A DNA stretch of 64,000 nucleotides from an uncultured Elusimicrobia bacterium (GTDB taxonomy: Bacteria > Elusimicrobiota > Elusimicrobia > UBA1565 > UBA9628): positions 81,382-145,381 of the forward strand of contig CAYHPY010000001.1 in NCBI GenBank assembly GCA_964358485.1, in the 5' to 3' direction. A program made the translations under genes and the position numbers. Positions 19,263 to 28,463 of the stretch are shown here, one piece after another. Under the pieces are notes generated by a model that saw only the letters and a list, made by a program, of their open reading frames with translations, did not search any database and was not told where the DNA came from. The stretch's first letter is position 1. Every line of letters starts with the position of its first letter.

Positions 19263-20493
19263 ATTTTCTGGTTAGGCCGTAGGCTTTGTGGAGGGCGCGC
19301 AGGGCGGTTTCGGCGTGGCGGGAGTCCACCACGCAGGAGATCCGCAGGTCGGAGGCGGTGATCATGTGGATGTTGACCCCGGCCTTGGCCAAGGTCTCGA
19401 ACATCCGAGCCGCCACCCAGGGGTGGTGCCGGAAACCCGTGCCCACCGCCGAGACCTTGGCCACGGATTCATTCAAGTCCACCCGGGCCTTGAGCTCGCG
19501 GGCCACCTTCTCCAGCGCCGCCACGGCTTTGGAGCTTCCGGCGCGGGGCGTCATGAAAGAAATCGCGTTGACGCCTTCCTTGGAGGGCGCCGACTGGATG
19601 ATCATGTCCAGCGGGATGGCCTTGGCCGCCAAGGCCGACAGGATGCGGGCGGCCACGCCGGGGCGGTCCGGAACGTCGGCCACCGTCAGGCGCACCTCGC
19701 CCTTGTCCAGGGCCAGGCTCGAGACATAGGCTTTTTCCATCGCGCGGTTTTTCATGCCTCTCCTTTTACTCACGATCCAGGTTCCGTTTTGGGGGTGGAA
19801 GGCCGAGCGGACATGGATGTCCACCTTGTAGCGGCGGGCGACTTCCAGGGACCGCGCCTGCATGACCTGGGCGCCGGCTCCGGCCAGCTCCAGCATTTCT
19901 TCAAAGGTGAGCCGCTGGAGCTTGCGGGCCTGGGGGACGACGCGCGGGTCGGCGGTGTAGACGCCCTTGACGTCGCTGAAAATCTCGCAGGCCCCGGTCT
20001 TAAGGGCCGAGGCCAGGGCCACCGCGGTCAAGTCCGAACCGCCCCGGCCCAAAGTGGTGACGTCGTCGCTGGGGTTGAGAGCCTGAAAGCCCGCCACGGT
20101 CACGATCCGCCCGGCCTTGAGATGCGCCCGAATCCGGTCGGTCCGGATGCGGACGATCTGCGCTTTGGTGTGGGCTCCGGCCGCCACGATGCCCGCCTGC
20201 GGGCCGGTCAAGGAAACCGCGGGCGCGCCGCGGCCGATGCACGCCATGGCAAACAGGGAAATCCCCACCTGCTCGCCGGTGGAGACCAGCTGATCCAGCT
20301 CCCGCTCGTCGGGCTCGGGGACCACGCGGGCGGCCAGCTCCAGAAGCTCGTCGGTCATCTCTCCGGGGGCCGAGACCACCACCACCACGGCATAGCCCGC
20401 CCGGCGCAAAGCCACGGCCCGGTCGGCCGCCCGCTGGATCTTCTCGGGATCAGCCACCGAGGTCCCGCCGAACTTGAGCACTTTGATCTTCAT
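19261..20493 (-). CDS. lysC: aspartate kinase with C-terminal ACT domains
   Basis: MKIKVLKFGGTSVADPEKI...VVVVSA is the classic aspartokinase N-terminus. The start is trimmed to the ATG at 20493 (the track ORF extends upstream). Confidence 0.9.
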   Translation of the reverse strand: MKIKVLKFGGTSVADPEKIQRAADRAVALRRAGYAVVVVVSAPGEMTDELLELAARVVPEPDERELDQLVSTGEQVGISLFAMACIGRGAPAVSLTGPQAGIVAAGAHTKAQIVRIRTDRIRAHLKAGRIVTVAGFQALNPSDDVTTLGRGGSDLTAVALASALKTGACEIFSDVKGVYTADPRVVPQARKLQRLTFEEMLELAGAGAQVMQARSLEVARRYKVDIHVRSAFHPQNGTWIVSKRRGMKNRAMEKAYVSSLALDKGEVRLTVADVPDRPGVAARILSALAAKAIPLDMIIQSAPSKEGVNAISFMTPRAGSSKAVAALEKVARELKARVDLNESVAKVSAVGTGFRHHPWVAARMFETLAKAGVNIHMITASDLRISCVVDSRHAETALRALHKAYGLTRK

Positions 20494-20587
20494 TCCGGGG
20501 GCCATCATAGCAATTTGCCCGGTCCCGGGGCGCTCATGCATTGAAAAACCGGTGGCACAAACCGATATTTCAAGGTATACTATTCGG

Positions 20588-21730
20588 GTGATCCAGCGCC
20601 CACGCGCCCTGCGGGCCGTTCGTTCCTTGCTGATCCGCCATCCCGTCGTTGCCCTCTTGGGCGCCCGCCAAGTCGGAAAAACCACCTTGGCCCGGGAGGT
20701 TCAGCGGGGTTTTGGCGGATCGTCCTCTTGGTTCGACTTGGAGGATCCCGCGCACCTGGCCCGCTTGTCGGAGCCGATGCTCGGATTGCGGGGCCTCAAG
20801 GGCTTAGTCGTGATCGACGAAGTCCAGCGCCTCCCGGGTTTGTTCCCGGCTTTGCGCGTCCTGGCCGACCGTCCGGGCCGGCCCGCCCGTTTTTTGCTCC
20901 TGGGAAGCGCGTCTCCCGACATCCGCCGGCAGGGCGCGGAGTCCTTGGCCGGAAGAATCGCCCATTACGCGTTGGGGCCCCTGGCGCTGGACGAGGTCGG
21001 CCGGCCCGCCCTGAACCGTCTTTGGCTGCGGGGGGGATTGCCGCGGTCCTTTCTGGCCCGCTCCGAGGCGGTCGGCGCCGAGTGGCGCAGGGAGTTCGTC
21101 GCCAGCTTTCTGGAGCGCGATTTGGGGCAGTTGGGCTTCCGGTTCCCGGCCCAGACCATGCGCCGGTTTTGGACCATGCTGGCCCATTATCATGGGCAGA
21201 TTTGGAACGCGGCGGAGTTCGCGCGCTCCTTCGGGGTCGCGGACACCACGGTCCGCGGTTATCTGGACGCCCTCTCGGCCAGCTTCCTGGTCCGCCAGCT
21301 TCAGCCTTGGCACGAGAACCTGGGCAAGCGCCAGGTCAAATCCCCCAAGATCTATATTTCGGACTCGGGACTCCTGCACACCTTGCTCGGTCTTGAGACC
21401 ATGCCCCAGCTTCAGAGCCATCCGAAGCTGGGCGCCTCTTGGGAGGGTTTCGCCTTGGAGATCGTGGTCCGGGTCCTGGGCGCCCGGCCCGAGGAGTGCT
21501 TCTTCTGGGCCACCCACGCTGGGGCCGAATTGGACCTGCTGATCGTCAAAGGCGGCAAGCGCCTGGGTTATGAGTTCAAATTCACCGAGGCTCCGGCCCT
21601 GACCCCATCCATGAAGATCGCGTTCAAAGACTTGCGGCTGGACTCCCTGCAAGTCCTCCACGCCGGGCAGGACGGCTTCCCGCTCGCCGACGGCGTGCGG
21701 GCCGTGCCGTTGGCCGCTTTTAAGCCTTAA
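20588..21730 (+). CDS. AAA+ ATPase with C-terminal DUF4143 (COG1373-like)
   Basis: Walker A LLGARQVGKTTL, Walker B LVVIDEVQ, and a downstream DUF4143 region (IYISDSGLLHTLLGL...HPKLGASWEGFALE). A GTG start at 20588 is proposed. Confidence 0.7.
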   Translation: MIQRPRALRAVRSLLIRHPVVALLGARQVGKTTLAREVQRGFGGSSSWFDLEDPAHLARLSEPMLGLRGLKGLVVIDEVQRLPGLFPALRVLADRPGRPARFLLLGSASPDIRRQGAESLAGRIAHYALGPLALDEVGRPALNRLWLRGGLPRSFLARSEAVGAEWRREFVASFLERDLGQLGFRFPAQTMRRFWTMLAHYHGQIWNAAEFARSFGVADTTVRGYLDALSASFLVRQLQPWHENLGKRQVKSPKIYISDSGLLHTLLGLETMPQLQSHPKLGASWEGFALEIVVRVLGARPEECFFWATHAGAELDLLIVKGGKRLGYEFKFTEAPALTPSMKIAFKDLRLDSLQVLHAGQDGFPLADGVRAVPLAAFKP

Positions 21731-22640
21731 GGACCTTGACTCCCGCCCGGTCCGGATTCAAAGTCAGCACCCGGACGCGGACGCCGGCCTTGGCAAAGGC
21801 CTCCTTCATGCGGCGGCCCACCAGCACCGCCCGCAGGCCCGCCGGGCACAGGGCGGCCACGGACGGGCCCGCCCCCGACAAAAACGCCCCGCAGGAGCCG
21901 ACTTTGCGGGCGGCGGCCAGCGCTTCTTCCAAACCGCGGACCAGCGGCGCGCGGTAGGGCTGGTGCAGGCGGTCTTGCGTGGCCGTCGCCAATTGCGCCC
22001 AGCGGCCCGCTTCCAGGGCCGCGGCCAAAAGCACGCTCCGGGAAAGATTGGCCACCGCGTCGGCCAGGGGCACTTTCTTAGGAAGGGCGGCGCGGGATTT
22101 TTGCGTGCTCAGCGCGTAGTCCGGCACGCACACCACGACGGCCGCGTTCTTGTGCAGGCGCAGGGGCGCCACGACCAGCCCCTCCTCCGACGGCGCGCAG
22201 GCCACCAGCCCGCCGTGGACGGCCGCCGCGGCGTTGTCGGGATGGCCCTCCAGGGCGCAGGCCATTTCCAAAAGCTTGAACCGCTTGCGGGGCCGCTTTT
22301 TGTTGAGCGCGTTGCCCGCGTAGAGCCCCGCCAAGACCGCCGCGGCCGAAGACCCCAGACCCCGCCCCAGCGGAATGCAGTTGACGGCCTTGAAGACCAA
22401 ACGCCCCGACCCCGAAGGAAGGACCAGGCGCGCCGCCTTGACCATGAGATTGGAGCCGTCGCGGGGGAGCTCGTCTTCTCCTTCCCCGTCGATGCGCACC
22501 AGGTCCGGGCCCGTCCCGGTGTGCAGTTCCAAGGTCAGCTCGTTGTAGAGCGCCAAGGCCAGGCCGAAGCAATCGAATCCCGGCCCCAGGTTGGAGGTGG
22601 AGGCCGGAACCCGGACGCGCGCGCGCGCGACCAACGCCAT
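21720..22640 (-). CDS. thrB: homoserine kinase (GHMP kinase)
   Basis: N-terminus VRVPASTSNLGPGFDCFGLAL and the GHMP motif PLGRGLGSSAAA. Confidence 0.85.
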   Translation of the reverse strand: MALVARARVRVPASTSNLGPGFDCFGLALALYNELTLELHTGTGPDLVRIDGEGEDELPRDGSNLMVKAARLVLPSGSGRLVFKAVNCIPLGRGLGSSAAAVLAGLYAGNALNKKRPRKRFKLLEMACALEGHPDNAAAAVHGGLVACAPSEEGLVVAPLRLHKNAAVVVCVPDYALSTQKSRAALPKKVPLADAVANLSRSVLLAAALEAGRWAQLATATQDRLHQPYRAPLVRGLEEALAAARKVGSCGAFLSGAGPSVAALCPAGLRAVLVGRRMKEAFAKAGVRVRVLTLNPDRAGVKVLKA

Positions 22641-22641
22641 T

Positions 22642-23670
22642 TTAAATCCTGGCCCCGCCCGCCAAGTCCTTGGCCGAGACCGTCCGGCGGCGGAACTTGA
22701 AGGTCAAAGGGGTTTCCGGGTCCTTGAGGCCGTGGCCCGTGAGCACGCAGACGATCTTGCCCTTAAGAGGATAACCCTGCCGCGCGCACTTAAGCAGGCC
22801 CGCCACGCCGGCCGCGCTGGAGGGCTCGCAGAACACCCCTTCGGCCTTGGCCAAGAGCCGGTAGGCCGCCAAAATCTCCTTGTCGGTGACCGAATCGATC
22901 AAGCCGCCGGACTCGTCGCGGGCCTTGAGCGCCCCGTCCTTGGAAACCGGATTGCCGATGCGGATGGCGGAGGCCACCGTCTTGGGCTTGTCCACCGTGC
23001 GCCCCAGGACCAAGGGGGCCGCGCCCGCGGCCTGATAGCCCATCATCCGGGGGCGCAGGCCCAGCTCGGAGTAGCCGCGCCAGTAGGCGGTGATGTTTCC
23101 GGCGTTGCCCACCGGCATGAACTGAAAATCGGGGGCCTGGCCCAACTGCTCGGCCACCTCGAAGGCGGCGGTCTTCTGGCCCTCCAGGCGGTACGGGTTG
23201 GTGGAGTTGACCAAGGTGTAGCCCAGCTTGACGGCTTGCCGGCGCGCCAGCTCCAGGGCCTGGTCGAAATTGCCGCTCACCTCCACCGTCTCGGCGCCGT
23301 GCATGAGGGCCTGGGCCAGCTTTCCCTGGGCCACCGCCCCCTTGGGCAAAAACACCACGCAGCGCAGGCCCGCCCGCGCGGCGTAGGCGGCGGCGGACGC
23401 GGCGGTGTTTCCCGTGGAGGCGCACAGCACGCCCTTGGCCCCTTCCTCCACCGCCTTGGAGATGGCCAAGGTCATCCCGCGGTCTTTGAAGGAGCCGGTC
23501 GGGTTCATCCCTTCCAGTTTTAAATAGACCGCGCCCGTCGTCAGCCCCGCCGACGCCGCGATCAGGTCCGCCCGCAGCAAGGGGGTGTCGCCCTCGTGGA
23601 GGGTGACGATCGGCGTCTTGTCGGTGACCGGCAGGCGCTCGCGCCAGCGTTGGATGATTCCGGATGTCAC
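22642..23670 (-). CDS. thrC: threonine synthase (PLP-dependent)
   Basis: PLP-lysine region NPTGSFKDRGMTLAISKA and CASTGNTAASAAAYAARAG; its stop abuts the thrB start. Confidence 0.9.
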   Translation of the reverse strand: MTSGIIQRWRERLPVTDKTPIVTLHEGDTPLLRADLIAASAGLTTGAVYLKLEGMNPTGSFKDRGMTLAISKAVEEGAKGVLCASTGNTAASAAAYAARAGLRCVVFLPKGAVAQGKLAQALMHGAETVEVSGNFDQALELARRQAVKLGYTLVNSTNPYRLEGQKTAAFEVAEQLGQAPDFQFMPVGNAGNITAYWRGYSELGLRPRMMGYQAAGAAPLVLGRTVDKPKTVASAIRIGNPVSKDGALKARDESGGLIDSVTDKEILAAYRLLAKAEGVFCEPSSAAGVAGLLKCARQGYPLKGKIVCVLTGHGLKDPETPLTFKFRRRTVSAKDLAGGARI

Positions 23671-23789
23671 GGCGACCAGTTTACATTTTTGGGGGGCCGG
23701 CCTTCATTGACTTCACTTGTTGCACGGGATAAAATGTCCCGGTCCAGGACCGAGTTCCGCGTAGGCCGCAAATTGCAATACAGACTTGC

Positions 23790-23935
23790 AATTTGCAGTA
23801 AAGGTCTACCTGCGGGACAGCGGCCCGCTCCACGCCCTGCTGGAGCTGCCCTCCGCCGGGGAGTTGCTGGGCCATCCCGCCCATCGCGTCGGCCAAGGCG
23901 TCTCCCGCGTAGAGCTTCGGCCGGAAGGAGTTTGA
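23790..23935 (+). pseudogene. remnant of a second DUF4143 AAA ATPase gene (internal fragment of about 45 codons)
   Basis: The + strand translation KVYLRDSGPLHALLELPSAGELLGHPAHRVGQGV...stop aligns to the KIYISDSGLLHTLLGL region of the intact ATPase at 20588-21730. Its 3' portion shares a 45-bp repeat with the 3' end of the nucleotidyltransferase gene. Confidence 0.4.
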
Positions 23936-23967
23936 ATTTCCTACAATGCGACTTAGATAAATTCCCG

Positions 23968-25263
23968 ATGATGAAAGCGAAGACGGCCCTTCTTCTGCTC
24001 CTCACTCTCTGTCTCTGTCCATTCGGAGGACGCGCATTTGCGGCGACGGAGAACGTGTTCCGTAAGCACAAGAATGCCGTTCTGCGCGTGCGCATTCTCG
24101 AGCGCTCCTCGGGCGCGCAAGCGAGCGTGGGCTCCGGGTTCTTCGTGGGGCGCGGCGGGCTGGCCGTCACCAACTTTCACGTCGTCGCCCACCTTGTTTG
24201 GAAGCCGGGCTCCTACGAGGCCGTGGGCGTGCTTGAAAACGACGAATCGAAGCGCGTCGAGCTTTTGGCCGTGGACGTCGTCCATGATCTGGCGGTGCTC
24301 CGCATCGAGGGAGCGCCGACGCAATCTCTCATCCTGTCGGCCTCCATCCCCCCCAAGGGTCAACGGCTCTACGCCTTGGGCAATCCACATGACCTCGGGA
24401 TGACGATCATCGAGGGAAGCTACAGCGGCCTGCTTGAGGACTCTTTGGTCCAGACGGTGCATCTGACGGGAACCTTGAATCCCGGCATGAGCGGGGGTCC
24501 GGTGCTCAACGGCTCTGGACAGGTCGTGGGGGTTTCGGTGGCGAGCGCGGGAGACGAGGTGAGCTTCCTGGTGCCGGTGGCCTTCGTCAAGACCCTCGTT
24601 GAAAACGCCCCGGCCTCCGCCACTCCGGAGGCGTTGCGGGCGGCCGTGTCCTCCCAGCTCGCGTCCCACCAGGAGACCATCGCCGGCCGACTCACCGGGT
24701 CGCCCTTCCAAACGCAGAGCCTGGGGCCCTTCCAAGTTCCGGGGAAGCTTTCTCCGGCCTTCCGCTGCTGGGCCAACTCGGATGAAGCCGAGGGGCAGCC
24801 CTATGAAGTCATCCACTCGCAATGCGATGCCGACGGCACCGTCTTCATAAATGACAGGCTTAACACCGGCACGATTGACTTCGCGCATCACATGCTTGAG
24901 GGGGGGAGCCTCAACGCCTTCCGGCTCTCCGCTCTGCAGAAGCGCTATTTCCATGAGAACTCCTCGTTCGCCGGGGAAGCCGGGGGCTTTCTGTGGGCGG
25001 GCATGGGCCAGGAGGACCAGGATCTGACTCCTTATGATTGCTCTTCGTCCACCGTCGAATCGAGAGAGCTCGTTTTAAAGGCCATCATCTGCCTGCGCGC
25101 CTACAAAAAGTTCCCGGGCCTCTACGACATGCAGTGGAGGGGGACTTCCTTTGTGGACAGCCGCCGCGCGTTCACGTCCTATCTCACGGTCGAGGGAACT
25201 TCGCGCGAGAACGCGGAAAAGTTCCTGCGCCGGTATCTGGAGGCATTCACGTGGAAGAAGTAG
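23968..25263 (+). CDS. secreted trypsin-like serine protease (S1C/Do-like, no obvious PDZ)
   Basis: Signal peptide MMKAKTALLLLLTLCLCPFGGRAFA, His region VTNFHVV, Asp region DLAVLRI, and catalytic Ser motif GMSGGPV. The start is trimmed to 23968. Confidence 0.75.
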   Translation: MMKAKTALLLLLTLCLCPFGGRAFAATENVFRKHKNAVLRVRILERSSGAQASVGSGFFVGRGGLAVTNFHVVAHLVWKPGSYEAVGVLENDESKRVELLAVDVVHDLAVLRIEGAPTQSLILSASIPPKGQRLYALGNPHDLGMTIIEGSYSGLLEDSLVQTVHLTGTLNPGMSGGPVLNGSGQVVGVSVASAGDEVSFLVPVAFVKTLVENAPASATPEALRAAVSSQLASHQETIAGRLTGSPFQTQSLGPFQVPGKLSPAFRCWANSDEAEGQPYEVIHSQCDADGTVFINDRLNTGTIDFAHHMLEGGSLNAFRLSALQKRYFHENSSFAGEAGGFLWAGMGQEDQDLTPYDCSSSTVESRELVLKAIICLRAYKKFPGLYDMQWRGTSFVDSRRAFTSYLTVEGTSRENAEKFLRRYLEAFTWKK

Positions 25264-25385
25264 GGCCGCCGCCTGCTTCGCCGCCTCCCGCCGCGGAGGC
25301 GGGCCCGGGCCCGGTTGCCTGGATCGAGAGAGGGACGACGACGGCGCTGATCCTCCTGGTCACGATCCCGACCGACGCGGTGGTG

Positions 25386-25940
25386 ATGTACAACGCGATG
25401 TATCAGCGCGTCTCGCCGCCCATGATCGGGTTCATCGTGATGACTTGGCTTATTTCGAATCTCGTGATGTTCCTCCCTTGGTCCGGCCTCTGGGCGTTGG
25501 CCACCAAGGTATTCCGGCGGCGCGCGCGCTTCATCGGCCATCTCAATACCGCCCTGCTCGCGGGCCTCCTGTGGACCTGGCTGCGCGGGTCCCTGGACGT
25601 TGTCGTGTTCGCCGTGTCCGCCGACGATCAACGCAGCGTGCCGTACTTCTTGCTTCTCGGCGCGGCCTTGTCGGCCACGCTCTGGGGGCACCTGCGGCTG
25701 GTCTCCACGGCGTCCCCGCGCCGGCTGGGGGGCGTTGCCATCATCATCGGCGCGTTCGTTGTCGGGATCGCCTCCGGCGTTCGGGCGCTTGCCATCCGGC
25801 GCACCCCCGCCGCGCGGACCGCCGACATTACGATCTTTCCGCATTTCCTGCGGCTCACGGCTCCGGTGTCAATCGAGCGCCACATTCAGTCCCTGGATGG
25901 ACTCAAGAAAACGGTCGACGCGCGCGCGAAGGAACTCTAA
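25386..25940 (+). CDS. hypothetical integral membrane protein
   Basis: Several hydrophobic helices (IGFIVMTWLISNLVMFLPWSGLWALA, GVAIIIGAFVVGIASG) downstream of the protease. The start is ambiguous (25314-25386). Confidence 0.4.
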   Translation: MYNAMYQRVSPPMIGFIVMTWLISNLVMFLPWSGLWALATKVFRRRARFIGHLNTALLAGLLWTWLRGSLDVVVFAVSADDQRSVPYFLLLGAALSATLWGHLRLVSTASPRRLGGVAIIIGAFVVGIASGVRALAIRRTPAARTADITIFPHFLRLTAPVSIERHIQSLDGLKKTVDARAKEL

Positions 25941-26006
25941 AGACCGCCGTTTCCGGGGGAAGTGTGTGGCGTCCTTTTTGGCGGCTAGCCCCAAAGCTTC
26001 GCCGGT

Positions 26007-26858
26007 TCAGCGCGGAGTCGACGCGCCCATCGCGTCGGCCAAGGAGTCCCCCGCGTAAAGCCTCGGCAAGATCCCGCCCGGCCGTCCGAAATGAGGCGCG
26101 CAGTCGACGGGGGCCCCGGGGCCCGGCAGCACGAACCGCCGTTCTTGGGGGGAATAATACAGGCAGCCCGCTTCCTCCGAAGGGCGGCTCCTCGCGAAGG
26201 CCTCCGCGCCCTCCAACGCTGCCAGCCACTGGGTTTTGAGGGCGGTCGGTTCCACCGGCGCGGCCAGGTGGAGACGCTCGAAATCCACCGGCTGGTAGCG
26301 CCCCCGGCGGCGGATGAGGTCCAGCAGGGAGATCGGGGTAAATCCCGGGTCCTTGCCGACCGCCGCCCAGAGCAGGGCCGGGAAGGGGAGGAGCTCCGCG
26401 TGGGCGTAGAGCACGTCCAGGAAATCCCGAGGCTCGTCGCGGCCGGCCAGCGCCAGGACTTTGTTGACGGCCAGATCCACGGGATGAAGCGCCCAGCCCG
26501 CGCCGGCCAGGCGCACGGCGGGCATGAAACGCCACGCCGAGTCGTGCGCCCATTCGATCTTCACTCCCTGGTCCCCGGCCTCGGCCAGCGCCCGGATGTA
26601 TCCGGGCTGAGCGACTTGGACCGACACCGCGATGCCGTTGTCCTCCAAGACCTTGCGGTCGGCCGCGAAGGCCGTGGCCACCCGCTCCGCGGAATCATGA
26701 AAGTAGTCCAGGTCATTGCTGAAACGCTTGGACTCCGGGCGAAAATGCAGGGCCGCCGCTCCGGCCAGGTGGCTGTCGGGAGTCCGATTTGGGGCCAGCA
26801 AGAGGGAGACCTTCGCTTGAAAAGGAGTTAGCGGCATAAGCGCGCCGCCGTTTCCCAA
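26007..26858 (-). CDS. nucleotidyltransferase, AbiEii/AbiGii-like (DUF1814) putative toxin
   Basis: N-terminal region KVSLLLAPNRTPDSHLAGAAALHF...RFSNDLDYF matches the AbiEii nucleotidyltransferase fold signature (GG.AL...R.S.DLD.F). Confidence 0.65.
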   Translation of the reverse strand: MGNGGALMPLTPFQAKVSLLLAPNRTPDSHLAGAAALHFRPESKRFSNDLDYFHDSAERVATAFAADRKVLEDNGIAVSVQVAQPGYIRALAEAGDQGVKIEWAHDSAWRFMPAVRLAGAGWALHPVDLAVNKVLALAGRDEPRDFLDVLYAHAELLPFPALLWAAVGKDPGFTPISLLDLIRRRGRYQPVDFERLHLAAPVEPTALKTQWLAALEGAEAFARSRPSEEAGCLYYSPQERRFVLPGPGAPVDCAPHFGRPGGILPRLYAGDSLADAMGASTPR

Positions 26859-27094
26859 GCTTGCCGCCCGCCGTGTTTTTTAAGCTGCTCCACCACCCAG
26901 GGGATGTCGGACGCCGTCAGGGGGCGGGCGGGATCGAAGGACCAAAAGCAGGAGGTCTGGAATTTTCGGAAGGCGCGGCGGGCTTCCCGAAGGCGGACCA
27001 TTTCCCTGGCCGTTTCCGGGGGCAGGACGCGGCGGCTCTTGGCGCCCCCACGGCGGCCGATTTCGGATAGGTAGCGGCGAATGGACTGGTCCAT
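26828..27094 (-). CDS. small basic protein, putative cognate partner or antitoxin of the nucleotidyltransferase
   Basis: The 88-aa ORF overlaps the NTase start by 31 bp (a TA-like arrangement) and contains LSEIGRRGGAKSRRVLPPETAREMVRLREARR. It is not a canonical AbiEi. Confidence 0.45.
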   Translation of the reverse strand: MDQSIRRYLSEIGRRGGAKSRRVLPPETAREMVRLREARRAFRKFQTSCFWSFDPARPLTASDIPWVVEQLKKHGGRQAWETAARLCR

Positions 27095-27160
27095 TGGTAT
27101 ATTATAAGCCGCTTATGATAAAAAGTCAATATTACGGCCCCTGGCAGTCCTGGGCCGTGT

Positions 27161-28453
27161 TTACAGCATCCGCAGAACGGTATGCTTGGCGGCCACGGAC
27201 CCCAGCCGCAAAATCTCGCGGCGGGCGGCGTCCACCTGGCCGTGCTCGGCCTCATGGGTGGTCAGGACTATGGGCACGCCCCAGCGCGTGCGCTCGGCCG
27301 GCTGGTGGATGGTGGCAATCGAGATCCCGCGCCCGCCCAACGCCTTGGCGATGGACGCCAGCACCCCGGGCTTGTCCTGGGCGTGAAAGCGCAGGTAGAA
27401 CGGGGCCTTGGACTGGGCCACGGCAATCAAGCGCGACGGCCGCCGGTCCAGCTTGCGGGCGGGGATCGAGCCCAAAAGATCGCGGGACAGCATGAACACG
27501 TCGCCCACCACGGCGCTGGCGGCCGGTCCCGGGCCCGCGCCCTTTCCGTAGAACATCAGGTCCCCGGCGGAGGAGGCCCGGACCAAGAGGGCGTTGAACT
27601 CCCGGTGCACCGAGGCCAGCGGATGGGCCAAAGGCACCAAGGTGGGAAACACATGCGCCTCCACCCCCACCGACGCGCCCCAGTCCAGCTTCAAGGAGCC
27701 CAACAGCCGCACGGTGCGGCCCAGCTCCTCCTTGGCGAAGGCCAAATCCGCCTCGTGCAGGTTCTCGATCCCTTCGCGGGCGATCTTCATGGACGGCAAA
27801 GAGGTCCCCGTCAGCAAGGAGGCCAGCACCGAGACCTTGTGCGCGGTGTCGGTGCCATTTAAATCCAAGGTGGGGTCCTTCTCGGCCAAGCCTTTTTCCT
27901 GAGCCTCCTTCAAAGCGGCCTGTAGGGGAATGCCTTCCTGCGCGCGGCTTAAAATGTAGTTCGTGGTCCCGTTCAAAATCCCCGTCACCGCTTCAATCGT
28001 GTTGCCCGCCAGGCCGTTGTCTAAAGCCTCGATGATGGGAATGCCGCCCGCCACGCTGGCCTCGAAATAAAGGCGCGCCCCGCGCCGGGCGGCGGCCTTC
28101 TGCAGTTCGGGCCAGCAATGGGCCAGCAGGCGCTTGTTGGCGGTGACCACATTCATGCCCGACTCCAGGGAGAACAAGACCAGTCGCCGCGCGTCCTCCA
28201 GGCCGCCGATCACCTCCACGATGATGTCGATCCCGGGGTGGCTGACGAGTTGGCGGGGGTCGGTGGTCTGATAGACGTCTTTGCCCAGGCCGAGAGCTTT
28301 GGCCTCTTTCTTGACCTGGCGGTCGCAGACGGCGCCGATAACGATGTCGGCGCCCAGTCGCCGGGAGAATTTCTCTCGATTGGCCTGCAGGAGGCGAATG
28401 GTTTCCCGTCCGACGAAGCCCAGGCCGGCGACGGCCACGTTGATGGTTCTCAC
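27161..28453 (-). CDS. hom: homoserine dehydrogenase with C-terminal ACT domain
   Basis: N-terminal Rossmann VAVAGLGFVGRE, catalytic region LYFEASVAGGIPII and NGTTNYIL, plus a C-terminal ACT domain. Confidence 0.9.
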   Translation of the reverse strand: MRTINVAVAGLGFVGRETIRLLQANREKFSRRLGADIVIGAVCDRQVKKEAKALGLGKDVYQTTDPRQLVSHPGIDIIVEVIGGLEDARRLVLFSLESGMNVVTANKRLLAHCWPELQKAAARRGARLYFEASVAGGIPIIEALDNGLAGNTIEAVTGILNGTTNYILSRAQEGIPLQAALKEAQEKGLAEKDPTLDLNGTDTAHKVSVLASLLTGTSLPSMKIAREGIENLHEADLAFAKEELGRTVRLLGSLKLDWGASVGVEAHVFPTLVPLAHPLASVHREFNALLVRASSAGDLMFYGKGAGPGPAASAVVGDVFMLSRDLLGSIPARKLDRRPSRLIAVAQSKAPFYLRFHAQDKPGVLASIAKALGGRGISIATIHQPAERTRWGVPIVLTTHEAEHGQVDAARREILRLGSVAAKHTVLRML

Positions 28454-28463
28454 GGGAGGGAGT

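Noticed and set aside
20494-20587. Possible lysine riboswitch (L-box) upstream of lysC
   Set aside because: Only about 95 bp separates the lysC start from the divergent ATPase start, which is too short for an L-box (about 180 nt), and no conserved L-box helices are recognisable.
25264-25300. GC-rich hairpin ccgcctcc-cgccgc-ggaggcgg just after the protease stop
   Set aside because: A short stem with no downstream T-run. In a 65-percent-GC genome such hairpins arise by chance, so it is not called as a terminator.
25038-25385. Long upstream extension of the membrane-protein ORF overlapping the protease gene
   Set aside because: It overlaps the 3' end of the well-supported protease gene in another frame. 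The real start is more likely after the protease stop.
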